Positions 48,610-58,781 are shown, numbered from the stretch's first letter. The stretch is DNA of 60,931 bases from Bacteroidales bacterium (GCA_007134675.1 SLKJ01000001.1:1-60931), one strand, 5' to 3'. A program made the numbers and translations. The notes: generated from the letters alone by a model not told the origin.

Positions 48610-49359
48610 TTAATCACATTTTAGTTGTTCACTTGTTTTTCCAAATCTTCGTTCTCTCAACTGAAAATCGATTATTGCGTTATATAAATGTTCCTTCCTG
48701 AAATCGGGCCAATATGTTGGTGAAAAATACATTTCAGTATATGCAATCTGCCACAGCAGAAAATTACTTAACCTGTATTCACCACTGGTGCGGATAAGCA
48801 GTTCAGGATCAGGAATGCCATTTGTTAACAGGTAATCTGAAAATATTTCATGGTCTATTGAATCTTTATCTATCTTACCTGAAAGCACATCCTCTGCAAT
48901 TCGTCTCGCTGCATCAGCGATTTCCCACCTTGCGCTGTAACTCAGGGCAACTATTAAGGTCAATCCACTGTTATTCCGGGTGATTCCAATCACTTCATTC
49001 AGTTTTTCAACAACAGAAAGGGGTAAAGTTTGAACATCCCCGATAACCAATAAACGGACATTGTTTTTAATTAGTGTTTCTGTTTCCGAATTAATGGTTG
49101 AAACCATCAGCTCCATAAGTGCATCTATCTCCTCTTTGGGTCTGCACCAGTTCTCTTTTGAAAAGGCATAAAGAGTAAGGTATTTCACTCCCAGTTCCCC
49201 GGCCCCTTCGACTGTATCCTTTACAGCGGTTACCCCTTGCTGGTGTCCGAAGATCCTGTGAGATCCTCTCTCTTTTGCCCAGCGACCGTTTCCATCCATA
49301 ATGATGGCAATATGGCATGGTAATTTTGATCTGTCTATCCTGTCTTTTAGCTCAGTCAT
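48610..49359 (-). CDS. uppS: Undecaprenyl diphosphate synthase
   Basis: HIAIIMDGNGRWA, YAFSKENW, LLIRTSGEYRLSNFLLWQ, RERRFG. Confidence 0.96.
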   Translation of the reverse strand: MTELKDRIDRSKLPCHIAIIMDGNGRWAKERGSHRIFGHQQGVTAVKDTVEGAGELGVKYLTLYAFSKENWCRPKEEIDALMELMVSTINSETETLIKNNVRLLVIGDVQTLPLSVVEKLNEVIGITRNNSGLTLIVALSYSARWEIADAARRIAEDVLSGKIDKDSIDHEIFSDYLLTNGIPDPELLIRTSGEYRLSNFLLWQIAYTEMYFSPTYWPDFRKEHLYNAIIDFQLRERRFGKTSEQLKCD

Positions 49360-49371
49360 AAAAAATGGTCA

Positions 49372-50034
49372 TTAATCCCAGTAAACCGGGCAGTCTCCTC
49401 TGCGTTCAAATGGTTTAATGGTAATAAAAAATCCGGCCAAAGATACCCAATCATTATTATGTACCAAAGAGGGTGAATTGAATTGTCCAAAACTTTTTAT
49501 ACCGTCAATATCATCTGAAAAACTTTTCTTCAAAATCCATTCCATCCCGATAGTCACTCTCCTGCTCAGGCCATACTTTATCCCTCCACCGAATGGTATA
49601 TTCAGGTAATTTGAGGCAATGCTTTCTGATGTGGGAATAAATGTATATGCAAGCCCTGCTGTGATATAGGGGCTGAAGGGCCTGGCGAAAATAGTAACTT
49701 TGAAAGGCTGAAAACTGAATTCACCCTGAACTGAAAAGTCATAAAAATTGTTAATAAAGGTTGCTTGTCTTGTCTGATGGAGAATATTGCCGAAATCAAG
49801 ATCATTGCCCCTTACCTGTCCGTAATTCAGGTTAGCTCTGATAGAGTAGTGCTCATTTATATTGTATTTTAAAATGGCTCCAAAGGCTGGTGATAGTTTG
49901 TAAAAATGCCGGGATGTATTTATATCACCCCTGTAATAAGATGCCCCGCCGAATATCCCTATATCCAGATTGTTGGAGGTGAAAGCCTGTTGGGCAGTAA
50001 CAAAAACCAAAAGAAATACAGCCAGAGTTCTCAT
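49372..50034 (-). CDS. DUF6089 / PorG-like outer membrane beta-barrel
   Basis: GIFGGASYYRGDIN, IPFGGGIKY, FSDDIDG, NNDW; conserved position before uppS. ATG 50034 gives a signal peptide. Confidence 0.75.
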   Translation of the reverse strand: MRTLAVFLLVFVTAQQAFTSNNLDIGIFGGASYYRGDINTSRHFYKLSPAFGAILKYNINEHYSIRANLNYGQVRGNDLDFGNILHQTRQATFINNFYDFSVQGEFSFQPFKVTIFARPFSPYITAGLAYTFIPTSESIASNYLNIPFGGGIKYGLSRRVTIGMEWILKKSFSDDIDGIKSFGQFNSPSLVHNNDWVSLAGFFITIKPFERRGDCPVYWD

Positions 50035-50069
50035 TTTATTATTGTAAGTTACAGAAGCGAAACAATTTA

Positions 50070-50810
50070 TCAAATACCCCCCGGTACCAGTCCGGGCAGC
50101 CTGTATATTATCTGAACAGTGGTAAGGTAATAAATATCATTGGAGCTTGCGAATGCACTGGTAAAGCCATCAAGGTAATCATTCAGGGCATACCGTCCGC
50201 CAATCTCAAATCCTATATCAATCCTGTTGCTTATACCTAGCTTTGCTCCTGCACCTGCAGGAAGAACCATCGTTATCATGCCATGTTCTATATTATCTCT
50301 TTCCTGTCTTTCAAGCAGATTCCTGTTTGGCATAACGTGATAAATAACCGCACCGGCACCTGCAAAAAGATATAATGAAAATGTTCCGTAATTCCGTACC
50401 AGTCCCTGTCTGTTCACTCCTCTGAGTAACATTATATCCCTTACGGGGAAAAATTCTATCCTTGCCAGGGGTTCAAAAATAACTGTGTTGAAAACATATC
50501 CCCTTGCTTCATTTCTTCCACCTGTGTCGTCGCCACTTAGCCATCCAAGAGCCAGACTCCCGCTCACACCAAAGTGGTCGGATGTAAAATGTCTTAATCC
50601 TGCAATAATTCCGGGCCTTGACCTGAGCAGGTCAAGATCTTTTAATCCGTACCATGTATTTTCATCGGCTGACCCACCAATATCACCGAAATAGCTTGCG
50701 GTCCCTATTCCGGCATAGAACTCATAAGGCATAGATCTCCAGTCCGCTCCCCGTGTGGGGTAGGCAGAAAGAAGGATCAATAAGGAAAACTGCACAAATC
50801 TGGTCTTCAT
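50070..50810 (-). CDS. DUF6089-like outer membrane beta-barrel (paralog)
   Basis: GIGTASYFGDIGG, RNEARG, LPAGAGAK, DYLDG, NDIYY. ATG 50810 preferred because a TAAATTTG box covers 50829-50836. Confidence 0.68.
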   Translation of the reverse strand: MKTRFVQFSLLILLSAYPTRGADWRSMPYEFYAGIGTASYFGDIGGSADENTWYGLKDLDLLRSRPGIIAGLRHFTSDHFGVSGSLALGWLSGDDTGGRNEARGYVFNTVIFEPLARIEFFPVRDIMLLRGVNRQGLVRNYGTFSLYLFAGAGAVIYHVMPNRNLLERQERDNIEHGMITMVLPAGAGAKLGISNRIDIGFEIGGRYALNDYLDGFTSAFASSNDIYYLTTVQIIYRLPGLVPGGI

Positions 50811-50919
50811 AGCTGTTTTAAAGAACTGCAAATTTAGAAAAAAATTATGGTTTTTTTATAATCAGCTGATTTTAATATTATAAGGAGCTTGCTGATCTGC
50901 AGGGAAAAAGCAACAAACC

Positions 50920-51798
50920 TTAATTCCTTTTATCAGCTCCCCACATTAGCTTGCTTCGAAGAGTAGTATAGAAGTCTTGATGGTCAAGTCTTACAAGTGA
51001 GATGTTAAAATCTGATATTTTGAGTATTATTTCGGTTTCAGACGGGAGGATAGCTGACCTGTAATCCATTGAAAGCAGGAACTCACTGTTTCTGCTGTTT
51101 ACTTTCAGGCGTATGTTGTTGTTGTCAGGTATGACAATGGGCCTGACGGTCAGATTATGGGGAGCAATGGGTGAAATGATTATTCCCCGGATGTCGGATG
51201 TGAGCAGCGGGCCTCCAACGCTCAGCGAATATGCGGTCGACCCGGTGGGCGTTGATATAATCAATCCATCAGCCCAGTATGAATTAAGAAAATTATCGTT
51301 TAGCCATGCCTGAATTGTTATCATGGTTGAATCTTTTTTTTGCAGGGTAAATTCATTGAGGGCAAATGGAAAATCCCCGAAGGTGTTTCCAGCTGAAACA
51401 AGTTCCAGCAGACTCCTTTTTTCAATACTGTATTTTCCTGACAACAGTGCGTCAATCGCCATGTCTGTGTCGACACCTGAAATGCTGGCCAGAAAACCAA
51501 GCTTGCCGCTGTTGATACCCATAACAGGGATCCCTGAATTTCTTACAATATTAATTGTTTCCAGTATTGTCCCGTCTCCGCCGATGGAAAAAATAAAGTC
51601 GGGTTTCATTTCAAGGTCTTTATGGGAAGTGAACAGTTTTTCAGGTTCGGGATCCAGACCCGCTTCATCTTTCATGAACAGATAAAACGGCTTGTACATG
51701 CTGATAAAAATACTGTTGTTTCTTAGCCGGTCAAGGAGTTTATTTGCAAAAGGCCTGAACTGAATGCCGAATTGCCGTCCATAAAGAGCTATATGCAT
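50920..51798 (-). CDS. nadK: NAD kinase
   Basis: GGDGT, GINSGKLGFLA, ALNE, ADGLIISTPTGSTAYSLSVGGP. Confidence 0.96.
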   Translation of the reverse strand: MHIALYGRQFGIQFRPFANKLLDRLRNNSIFISMYKPFYLFMKDEAGLDPEPEKLFTSHKDLEMKPDFIFSIGGDGTILETINIVRNSGIPVMGINSGKLGFLASISGVDTDMAIDALLSGKYSIEKRSLLELVSAGNTFGDFPFALNEFTLQKKDSTMITIQAWLNDNFLNSYWADGLIISTPTGSTAYSLSVGGPLLTSDIRGIIISPIAPHNLTVRPIVIPDNNNIRLKVNSRNSEFLLSMDYRSAILPSETEIILKISDFNISLVRLDHQDFYTTLRSKLMWGADKRN

Positions 51799-51809
51799 TT
51801 CAAAGAGGT

Positions 51810-52475
51810 TTAGATATTCAGGTAACGCATAAACTGTTCATATCGGTTCTGATAAAAACTTTCGGTGTTTTCATCATCCATAAAGGAAGCCTTAATGTGA
51901 TAGTTGTAGCGGTCGAAAGTTTTAAGGATTGAAGTGAGATCGGTACTGTTAATTTTTATGGTTACTTCCATCAAAGTGCTCTCTTCAATGCTTGTAATAT
52001 ACATGCTCAGAATCCTTGCGTTGTTACTTTCAACTATCTGGGCTATCTGGCTGAGTGAATAGTCATGATGATTCATCTCCAGTATTATTAGGCCGCCGGG
52101 TGCTTTCACAGCAGTAAGAGACGCAAACTGTGAAAGGAGATCGTTCTGCCCGATCAGCCCGATATAGTTTTTCTTATTATCCAGAACTGGTATTACGGTA
52201 AGTTTGAGTCGTGAGGCAATTTCAATTACCTCATATATATGCTGCCCGGCAAGAACATAGGGACTGAAAAGGGAGAGTTTGTGGTTTCCGATAGGTTCGT
52301 CCATCATCCCCAGATCATATATGTCGTTGTCAGAAATAAGACCGAGAAATTCCTGGTTGTTAACTATGGGAAGATGGGATATCCGGAAAATTTCCATCCA
52401 GCTCAGGGCCCGGGCACCCGTGTCGGAGGTCCGCAGGGCCGGAATGACATCTGATACAAGATCTATAGCCAGCAT
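51810..52475 (-). CDS. CBS domain protein
   Basis: ISHLPIV...FLGLIS and VIPVLD...YIGLI CBS pair, then ACT-like C-domain. Confidence 0.85.
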   Translation of the reverse strand: MLAIDLVSDVIPALRTSDTGARALSWMEIFRISHLPIVNNQEFLGLISDNDIYDLGMMDEPIGNHKLSLFSPYVLAGQHIYEVIEIASRLKLTVIPVLDNKKNYIGLIGQNDLLSQFASLTAVKAPGGLIILEMNHHDYSLSQIAQIVESNNARILSMYITSIEESTLMEVTIKINSTDLTSILKTFDRYNYHIKASFMDDENTESFYQNRYEQFMRYLNI

Positions 52476-52503
52476 ACCAGTTTTAATTGTTGTAAATAAG
52501 CAT

Positions 52504-52511
52504 TATTTTTG
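52504..52511 (+). promoter_or_regulatory. -7 promoter box TATTTTTG for pdxJ
   Basis: Matches TAnnTTTG, 33 nt before the ATG. Confidence 0.5.
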
Positions 52512-52544
52512 CATTCTAACTGAACAGACAGCAAACAATATGCC

Positions 52545-53270
52545 ATGACCAGATTAAGTGTAAATATAAATAAAATTGCAACACTCAGAAATGCAAGAGG
52601 TGGAAATATTCCTGATGTGCTGAAAGCTGCCATCGATTGCCAGATGTTCGGTGCACATGGCATTACAGTACATCCACGGCCTGATGAGAGACATATCAGG
52701 TATCAGGATGTAAGGGATATAAAGACTTATATAACAACTGAGTTCAATATTGAGGGATACCCGTCAAAACCGTTTATAGATCTCGTTTTATCTGTTATGC
52801 CTGATCAGGTAACACTGGTGCCTGATCCACCTGATGCAATTACCTCCGATCAGGGTTGGGACACAATATCAGATAAACAGTTTTTATCTGAAGTGATCTC
52901 TGTTTTCCGTTCTCATGGAATAAGAACATCTCTGTTTATGGGGACTGATCCCGGGCATATTGAAGAGGCAGCGAATACCGGGACTGACAGAATTGAGCTC
53001 TATACCGAGCCTTACGCGGCTGGTTATACTTCCAACCGTGAAAAGGCAATCGAGCCTTTTGTAAAGGCTGCAATTCTGGCAGGTGAACTGCAGCTGGGAC
53101 TGAATGCCGGGCATGACCTTAATCTTGGCAATCTTAAGTATTTTGCCGACAATATTCCCGGCCTGCTTGAGGTTTCAATCGGTCATGCCCTGATTTCCGA
53201 TGCCCTCTATTTCGGCCTTGAAAATAGTATACAGATGTATTTAAGGCAGCTCGAGCAAACTGGCGGGTAA
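52545..53270 (+). CDS. pdxJ: Pyridoxine 5'-phosphate synthase
   Basis: [44 protein letters not shown]. Confidence 0.96.
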   Translation: MTRLSVNINKIATLRNARGGNIPDVLKAAIDCQMFGAHGITVHPRPDERHIRYQDVRDIKTYITTEFNIEGYPSKPFIDLVLSVMPDQVTLVPDPPDAITSDQGWDTISDKQFLSEVISVFRSHGIRTSLFMGTDPGHIEEAANTGTDRIELYTEPYAAGYTSNREKAIEPFVKAAILAGELQLGLNAGHDLNLGNLKYFADNIPGLLEVSIGHALISDALYFGLENSIQMYLRQLEQTGG

Positions 53271-53314
53271 AAAAAACTTAACTGTCCTTTACTGATCGAT
53301 CAATATTAGAGGTT

Positions 53315-54121
53315 ATGAAATTATTTTACAGAAAGCTTGGGAATGGTGGTAAGCCAATTATAATATTGCACGGATTGTATGGATCATCTGATAACTGGCT
53401 AAGCATAGGAAAATCACTTTCAGAGTATCTTGAAGTGTATCTGGTAGATCTGAGAAATCATGGCCGTTCCCCTCATCATGATAGTCATAATTATGAACTT
53501 ATCCGTGACGACCTCAGCGCACTTATGGATGATCTGGGACTTGAGAAGGCTCTGCTGGCTGGCCATTCCATGGGTGGTAAGGCAGTTATGTGCTTTGCCC
53601 AGCATAACCCTGACCGCCTGGAGCGGCTTATCATTGTCGATATTGCCCCGAAATCCTATAAAGATCTTTACCGCAAAGAATCACTAAGCCATTATGATAT
53701 TCTAAAATCGATGCAGGATGTGGATTTTTCATCGGTTTCTTCACGCAGGGATGTTGAAAATAAGCTGGCAGATTCGATCAGCTCATCCAGGATAAGGAGT
53801 TTCCTGATGAAAAATCTTGGCCGGGATGAGGGGGGCAGGTATTACTGGACACTGAACCTGGATGTTATCATAAGGGAACTTGACAATATTATGGATGGTG
53901 TCAACAGGAACTGCTTTGATCCGGCTTTTCCTGTTACTGGAATTCCTGTATTGTTTATAAGAGGAGAGAAGTCTCCCTATATACTTGATGAAGACATGGA
54001 TTTTATCGAAAAAATATTCCCCTCCGCGAAACTGGTCACCATAGAAAATGCCGGGCACTGGCTGCATGCTGAGCAACCGGGTGCATTTACAGAAGCCGTC
54101 AGGGAATTTGTCCTTCAATAA
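53315..54121 (+). CDS. Alpha/beta hydrolase, YbfF-like esterase
   Basis: LHGLYGSSDNW, DLRNHGRS, GHSMGGK, AGHWLHAEQP. Confidence 0.9.
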   Translation: MKLFYRKLGNGGKPIIILHGLYGSSDNWLSIGKSLSEYLEVYLVDLRNHGRSPHHDSHNYELIRDDLSALMDDLGLEKALLAGHSMGGKAVMCFAQHNPDRLERLIIVDIAPKSYKDLYRKESLSHYDILKSMQDVDFSSVSSRRDVENKLADSISSSRIRSFLMKNLGRDEGGRYYWTLNLDVIIRELDNIMDGVNRNCFDPAFPVTGIPVLFIRGEKSPYILDEDMDFIEKIFPSAKLVTIENAGHWLHAEQPGAFTEAVREFVLQ

Positions 54122-54143
54122 TCAATCAATAAAATAATTTGTA

Positions 54144-55127
54144 ATGAGAGGTTTATATCCCTTAAAATTCAAACCTATTCCCCGTGAAATGATATGGGGT
54201 GGCAACAGTCTGCGAAAAATCTTCAACAAGCCCTTCCCGGCTGAATCAAGGATAGGGGAAAGCTGGGAGATATCGGCAGTTAGCGATAAGGTGTCAGTCG
54301 TCAGCAACGGGTTTCTGGAGGGCAACAACCTCCAGGAACTGATAGAGGTATATATGGGTGATCTGGTTGGGGACAAGATCTATGAGAGTTTCGGCAACGA
54401 GTTTCCCCTTCTGGTAAAACTTATCGATGCACAGGATGACCTATCAATACAGGTGCATCCCGGTGATGAACTTGCGGCCCTGCGCCATAACGGCCGTGGT
54501 AAGACGGAGATGTGGTATGTTCTCGAAGTTGAACCCGGAGCAAAACTGATATCCGGGTTTAACCGGGAAGTTAACCGGGAACTGTTCATGGAGAGATTGA
54601 AGAATGGCAAACTGCTTGATATTATGAATGTGGAAATGGTTAAACCGGGAGATGTATTTTTTATGCCGGCAGGAAGGGTTCATGCAATCTGTAAGGGCAT
54701 AGTGCTTGCAGAGATACAACAGACCTCCGATATTACCTACAGATTATATGACTGGGACAGGGTGGATGCATCAGGCAAACCGCGCCAGCTTCACCTCGAT
54801 CTTGCGATGGATGCCATTGATTTCAATGCTCACGGTGATTACAGGACAATTGTTGAAAAAAAACAGGGCAACCCTGCTCTGTTGGCTGATTGTCAATATT
54901 TTACTACACATCTGATTGAGTTTAAAGGGAAGATGGTCAGAGATTACAGCCTGCTTGATTCATTTGTTATCTATATTTGCACGGAAGGAGAATTCATCAT
55001 TAATGACGGCAGGGTGTCAGCGCGAGTCATGAAAGGTGAAACAATTCTTCTACCTGCAATTAGCGGAGAAGTGGTTCTTAATACCGCAACTGGTGCTGAA
55101 TTACTAGAGGTTTTTATAAGGACATAA
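54144..55127 (+). CDS. manA: Mannose-6-phosphate isomerase, type I
   Basis: IWGG, GESWE, FPLLVKLIDA, LSIQVHP, GKTEMWY, EIQQTSDITYRLYD. Confidence 0.92.
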   Translation: MRGLYPLKFKPIPREMIWGGNSLRKIFNKPFPAESRIGESWEISAVSDKVSVVSNGFLEGNNLQELIEVYMGDLVGDKIYESFGNEFPLLVKLIDAQDDLSIQVHPGDELAALRHNGRGKTEMWYVLEVEPGAKLISGFNREVNRELFMERLKNGKLLDIMNVEMVKPGDVFFMPAGRVHAICKGIVLAEIQQTSDITYRLYDWDRVDASGKPRQLHLDLAMDAIDFNAHGDYRTIVEKKQGNPALLADCQYFTTHLIEFKGKMVRDYSLLDSFVIYICTEGEFIINDGRVSARVMKGETILLPAISGEVVLNTATGAELLEVFIRT

Positions 55128-55153
55128 ACGGTTAATTGGCTGGAAATGAAATT

Positions 55154-55768
55154 ATGGTAATTAAAAGTGCCGAATTTATTAAGAGCTCAGCAAGGGCCGA
55201 TCAGTGCCCTCCTCCGGATTTCCCCGAGTATGCCTTCATTGGCAGGTCAAATGTTGGCAAGTCAACCCTGATCAATATGCTTGCGGGGAATAAAAGGCTT
55301 GCGAAAACATCATCAACACCTGGTAAAACCCGTCTTATAAATCATTTTCTGATCAATAGTAGGTGGTACCTTGTGGATCTTCCGGGATACGGTTATGCCA
55401 GGGCGTCCCGGGAACTCAGAAGGGGAATGGGCAAACTGGTTAACAGATATATTGAAAACAGAACCAACCTGTTATGCCTCTTTCTTTTGATCGATTCCCG
55501 ACATTCTCCTTTACCTGCCGACCTTTCAGTAATCCAGTCTCTCGGAGAAAAACAGGTGCCGTTTGTTCTTGTTTTCACCAAATGCGATAAGTTGTCTGCC
55601 GGTCAGCTTGACAGCAATCTGAATAACTACTTAAGACATCTGGGAAGAAACTGGGAAAAGCTGCCCCGGTATTTTTGCACATCAGCCCTGCAAAAGAGTG
55701 GCAAAGATGAGATTCTGGAATTTATAAACAATACAAATAATGCAGTACTAACAAGGTTTGACGGATAA
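55154..55768 (+). CDS. engB: Ribosome biogenesis GTPase YihA/YsxC
   Basis: GRSNVGKS, TSSTPGKT, DLPGYGYA, TKCDK; ATG 55154 preferred over TTG 55136. Confidence 0.95.
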   Translation: MVIKSAEFIKSSARADQCPPPDFPEYAFIGRSNVGKSTLINMLAGNKRLAKTSSTPGKTRLINHFLINSRWYLVDLPGYGYARASRELRRGMGKLVNRYIENRTNLLCLFLLIDSRHSPLPADLSVIQSLGEKQVPFVLVFTKCDKLSAGQLDSNLNNYLRHLGRNWEKLPRYFCTSALQKSGKDEILEFINNTNNAVLTRFDG

Positions 55769-55864
55769 ACATATTATATTAGTCCTGATATGATATGTAA
55801 ATCGTAAGATTATAAAGATTTTTATTTTGTGTTATATGAAATTTCCATTTTATGATGATATTGC

Positions 55865-55872
55865 TAATTTTG
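55865..55872 (+). promoter_or_regulatory. -7 promoter box TAATTTTG for prs
   Basis: Matches TAnnTTTG, 45 nt upstream of the ATG. Confidence 0.5.
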
Positions 55873-55917
55873 CGTACTTGCTAAAAAATAAATGGCTGAT
55901 AACCGAAATTCAATGAT

Positions 55918-56856
55918 ATGTCCCACAAAGCTCCCATAAAATTCTTTTCTGGCAAGGCTTCATTGTATCTTGCCGACAAAATTGCCCGTAATTACGGTCA
56001 GGAACTTGGTAAGTCATCTGTAATTCAATTCAGTGACGGAGAGTTTCAACCCTGTTTTGATGAATCTGTAAGGGGTTGTGTTGTGTTTGTCATACAGTCA
56101 ACTTTCCCCCCCTCAGACAACCTTTTTGAGCTTCTCCTCATGATTGATGCTGCCAAGCGTGCTTCAGCCTACAAGGTTGTTGCAGTGGTGCCTTACCTTG
56201 GGTTTACCCGTCAGGACAGAAAGGATAAGCCGAGAGTTTCCATCGGGGCCAAGCTTGTGGCAGACCTGCTCTCCACAGCAGGTATTTCGCGAATTGTGAC
56301 TATGGACCTGCATGCAGACCAGATACAGGGTTTCTTTGATGTTCCTGTAGACCATCTTTACGCCTCTTCTATTTTTGTACCATATATTTCGAAAATGAAC
56401 CTTGAGAACCTTGTGGTCGCTGCACCCGATATGGGCGGGACCAAACGGGCTAATGCCTATTCTAGATTCCTGAATTCTGAGATGGTAATTTGTTACAAGT
56501 TAAGGAAAAAGGCAAATTATGTAGATGAAATTACAATTATCGGCGATGTAAAGGATAAGAATGTTGTAATTGTTGATGATATGATAGATACTGCGGGAAC
56601 AGTGCTTCTTGCTGCTGACCTTATGATGCAGACGGGTGCAAACTCGGTCCGCGTCGTTGCCACCCACCCTGTTCTATCCGGCCAGGCAGTAGAAAAAATT
56701 GAGAAGTCGGCAATCAGCGAGGTTGTTGTTACAGATACGATTCCTCTTAAAAAACAATCTGAAAAGATCACAGTGCTTACTGTAGCCGATCTCTTTGCAA
56801 AGGTGATAGATAAAGTTTACAATTATCAGTCAATCAGTTCCACATTTATTGTATGA
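55918..56856 (+). CDS. prs: Ribose-phosphate pyrophosphokinase
   Basis: FSDGE, RQDRK, MDLHADQIQGFF, PDMGG, VDDMIDTAGT. Confidence 0.97.
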   Translation: MSHKAPIKFFSGKASLYLADKIARNYGQELGKSSVIQFSDGEFQPCFDESVRGCVVFVIQSTFPPSDNLFELLLMIDAAKRASAYKVVAVVPYLGFTRQDRKDKPRVSIGAKLVADLLSTAGISRIVTMDLHADQIQGFFDVPVDHLYASSIFVPYISKMNLENLVVAAPDMGGTKRANAYSRFLNSEMVICYKLRKKANYVDEITIIGDVKDKNVVIVDDMIDTAGTVLLAADLMMQTGANSVRVVATHPVLSGQAVEKIEKSAISEVVVTDTIPLKKQSEKITVLTVADLFAKVIDKVYNYQSISSTFIV

Positions 56857-56863
56857 AGTTTGC

Positions 56864-56871
56864 TATATTTG
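56864..56871 (+). promoter_or_regulatory. -7 promoter box TATATTTG for rplY
   Basis: Exact TAnnTTTG match just after the prs stop. Confidence 0.6.
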
Positions 56872-56891
56872 CACCTCAAAATTTTACAGTC

Positions 56892-56944
56892 AATGGTGTG
56901 ATGGAGTTCCGGAAAATTATTTCCGACACTGAGTAGCACCCATT
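56892..56944 (+). ncRNA. Candidate bL25 ribosomal leader (5S rRNA loop E mimic) in the rplY 5' UTR
   Basis: Hairpin AATGGTGT-GATGG-AGT-TC-CGGAAA-ATTA-TTTCCG-AC-ACT-GAGTA-GCACCCATT; the internal loop GAUGG/GAGUA matches the loop E submotif bound by L25. Confidence 0.6.
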
Positions 56945-56966
56945 ATTAATTGTTAAATTTATTTCA

Positions 56967-57644
56967 ATGAAATTGTTGGAAATTAAGTGCAGCCTGCGCG
57001 AGAAGACAGGCAAGAAGGATTCTAAGAAAATGAGGAAACAGGGTAATGTGCCTTGTGTATTGTATGGCGGAGACGAAAATGTTCATTTTACGGCTCCTGA
57101 AAATGATTTCAGGCACCTGGTATATACTCCCCATGTATATCTTATGAAGCTTGATATTGACGGAAAGGTCTATGACGCGGTTCTGCAGGACATTCAATTT
57201 CACCCGGTTACCGATAAAATACTGCACATTGATTTTTACCAGGTATATGAAGACAGGCCCGTTTCAGTCAGTATTCCCGTTCAGCTCAATGGTGTTCCTG
57301 AAGGTGTAAAACAGGGTGGTAAACTGGCACTTGAAGCAAGAAATTTGAGAGCCAGGGCATTACCGGCAGACCTGCCTGAGCTGTTGGAGGTAGATGTAAC
57401 CGGCATCGGTCTTGGTAAATCGGTCAAGGTCGGCGAACTGGACTTTAAGGGTATTGAATTGCTTGATTCTGAAAATCTTGTAATTGCCTCTGTAAAACTT
57501 ACAAGGGCAGCACGTGGAATAACTGATGAAGATGAGGATGAATCAGAAGATCAAGTAGCTGAAGCAGAAGGGGAAGGTGAAAGCGATAAAGCACAGGAGG
57601 GCCAGCAGGAAGGATCTGATGGTGATGCACAAAAAGATAGCTGA
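56967..57644 (+). CDS. rplY: 50S ribosomal protein bL25 / Ctc
   Basis: REKTGKKDSKKMRKQGNVPCVLYGG, QFHPVTDKILHIDF; long Ctc form with acidic tail. Confidence 0.96.
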   Translation: MKLLEIKCSLREKTGKKDSKKMRKQGNVPCVLYGGDENVHFTAPENDFRHLVYTPHVYLMKLDIDGKVYDAVLQDIQFHPVTDKILHIDFYQVYEDRPVSVSIPVQLNGVPEGVKQGGKLALEARNLRARALPADLPELLEVDVTGIGLGKSVKVGELDFKGIELLDSENLVIASVKLTRAARGITDEDEDESEDQVAEAEGEGESDKAQEGQQEGSDGDAQKDS

Positions 57645-57764
57645 TTTCTGCTGAGATAACGCATTGGTGTTTTACACGAATACTCGTTAATGTTCATTAT
57701 TTGTTGAAGTTCATTGATTTAAAGCACAAGATAACCGGATAATGATCCAAACATATTAGTAAAT

Positions 57765-58328
57765 ATGAAGTATCTGATTGCCGGACTTGGGAATTTTGGT
57801 GAACAATATGCAAGTACACGGCATAACATCGGCTTTATGGTATTGGATACCCTGGCTGGAGTATCCAATATTTCTTTCAGCGACAAACGTTATGGTTTTG
57901 TGTCTGTTTACCGGTACAAAGCCCGCACCTGCCTCCTTCTTAAACCGACAACCTATATGAACCTCAGTGGTCGTGCCGTAAATTACTGGCTACAAAAGGA
58001 AAAGGTCTCACATGAAAATCTTTTTGTGATAGTCGACGACCTCGCCCTTCCTTTTGGTACCATTCGCATCAGGGCAAAAGGTGGTGACGGCGGGCACAAT
58101 GGTTTATATAGCATCAATCAGGTGCTTGGAAGGCAGGATTATCCAAGGCTCAGGTTCGGCATAGGCGGTGATTATAACAGGGGCGCTCAGGTAAATTATG
58201 TTCTGGGTGAGTTGAGTGGTGAGGAAAAGCTTATCCTTCCGGGAAGAATTGAAAAGGTAATAGAATCTATCCACAGTTTTGTAACCGTTGGTATAGAGCG
58301 AACCATGAACCTGTACAATAATAAGTAG
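57765..58328 (+). CDS. pth: Peptidyl-tRNA hydrolase
   Basis: GLGN, TRHNIGF, KPTTYMNLSG, DDL, GGHNGL, RLRFGIG. Confidence 0.97.
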   Translation: MKYLIAGLGNFGEQYASTRHNIGFMVLDTLAGVSNISFSDKRYGFVSVYRYKARTCLLLKPTTYMNLSGRAVNYWLQKEKVSHENLFVIVDDLALPFGTIRIRAKGGDGGHNGLYSINQVLGRQDYPRLRFGIGGDYNRGAQVNYVLGELSGEEKLILPGRIEKVIESIHSFVTVGIERTMNLYNNK

Positions 58329-58379
58329 GTTAAATTACGCTTTTGTTTATTTCTCAGACTGCATATTAATATCAAGTCG

Positions 58380-58781
58380 ATGGAGAAGGTATCAGACAGG
58401 ATTTACGAAGTCAGGGTCGATAAATGGATGTGGGCTGTGAGACTTTTCAAAACCCGCAGCCAGTCCGCCGAAGCATGCCGTAAAGGGAGAGTTCTCATTA
58501 ATGAGGTGGCAGTTAAACCATCCAGATTGCTTAAAGAGGGTGATATAATTCATTTGCGAAGACCACCGTCGGTTTTTTGCTACCGGGTGATCGCACTTGT
58601 GGAGAAACGTCAGCCGGCAAAGCTGGTGGCAAAGTACTTTGAAGATCTTACCCCGGATGAAGAGAGGGATAAGGCAATTCATAAGAATCTTGTTGTTTTT
58701 GCCCGGCGGGACAGGGGGACTGGCCGTCCGACAAAGAGAGAAAGACGGGTAATTGACAGGCTCAGTAATTCTGACCTGTGA
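58380..58781 (+). CDS. hslR: S4-domain ribosome-associated heat shock protein Hsp15
   Basis: RVDKWMWAVRLFKTRS, GRPTKRERR. Confidence 0.92.
   Translation: MEKVSDRIYEVRVDKWMWAVRLFKTRSQSAEACRKGRVLINEVAVKPSRLLKEGDIIHLRRPPSVFCYRVIALVEKRQPAKLVAKYFEDLTPDEERDKAIHKNLVVFARRDRGTGRPTKRERRVIDRLSNSDL

Noticed and set aside
56892-56944. 5S rRNA gene or intrinsic terminator
   Set aside because: Only about 53 nt, lacks the other 5S helices, has no U-tract, and lies downstream of a promoter box in a 5' UTR.
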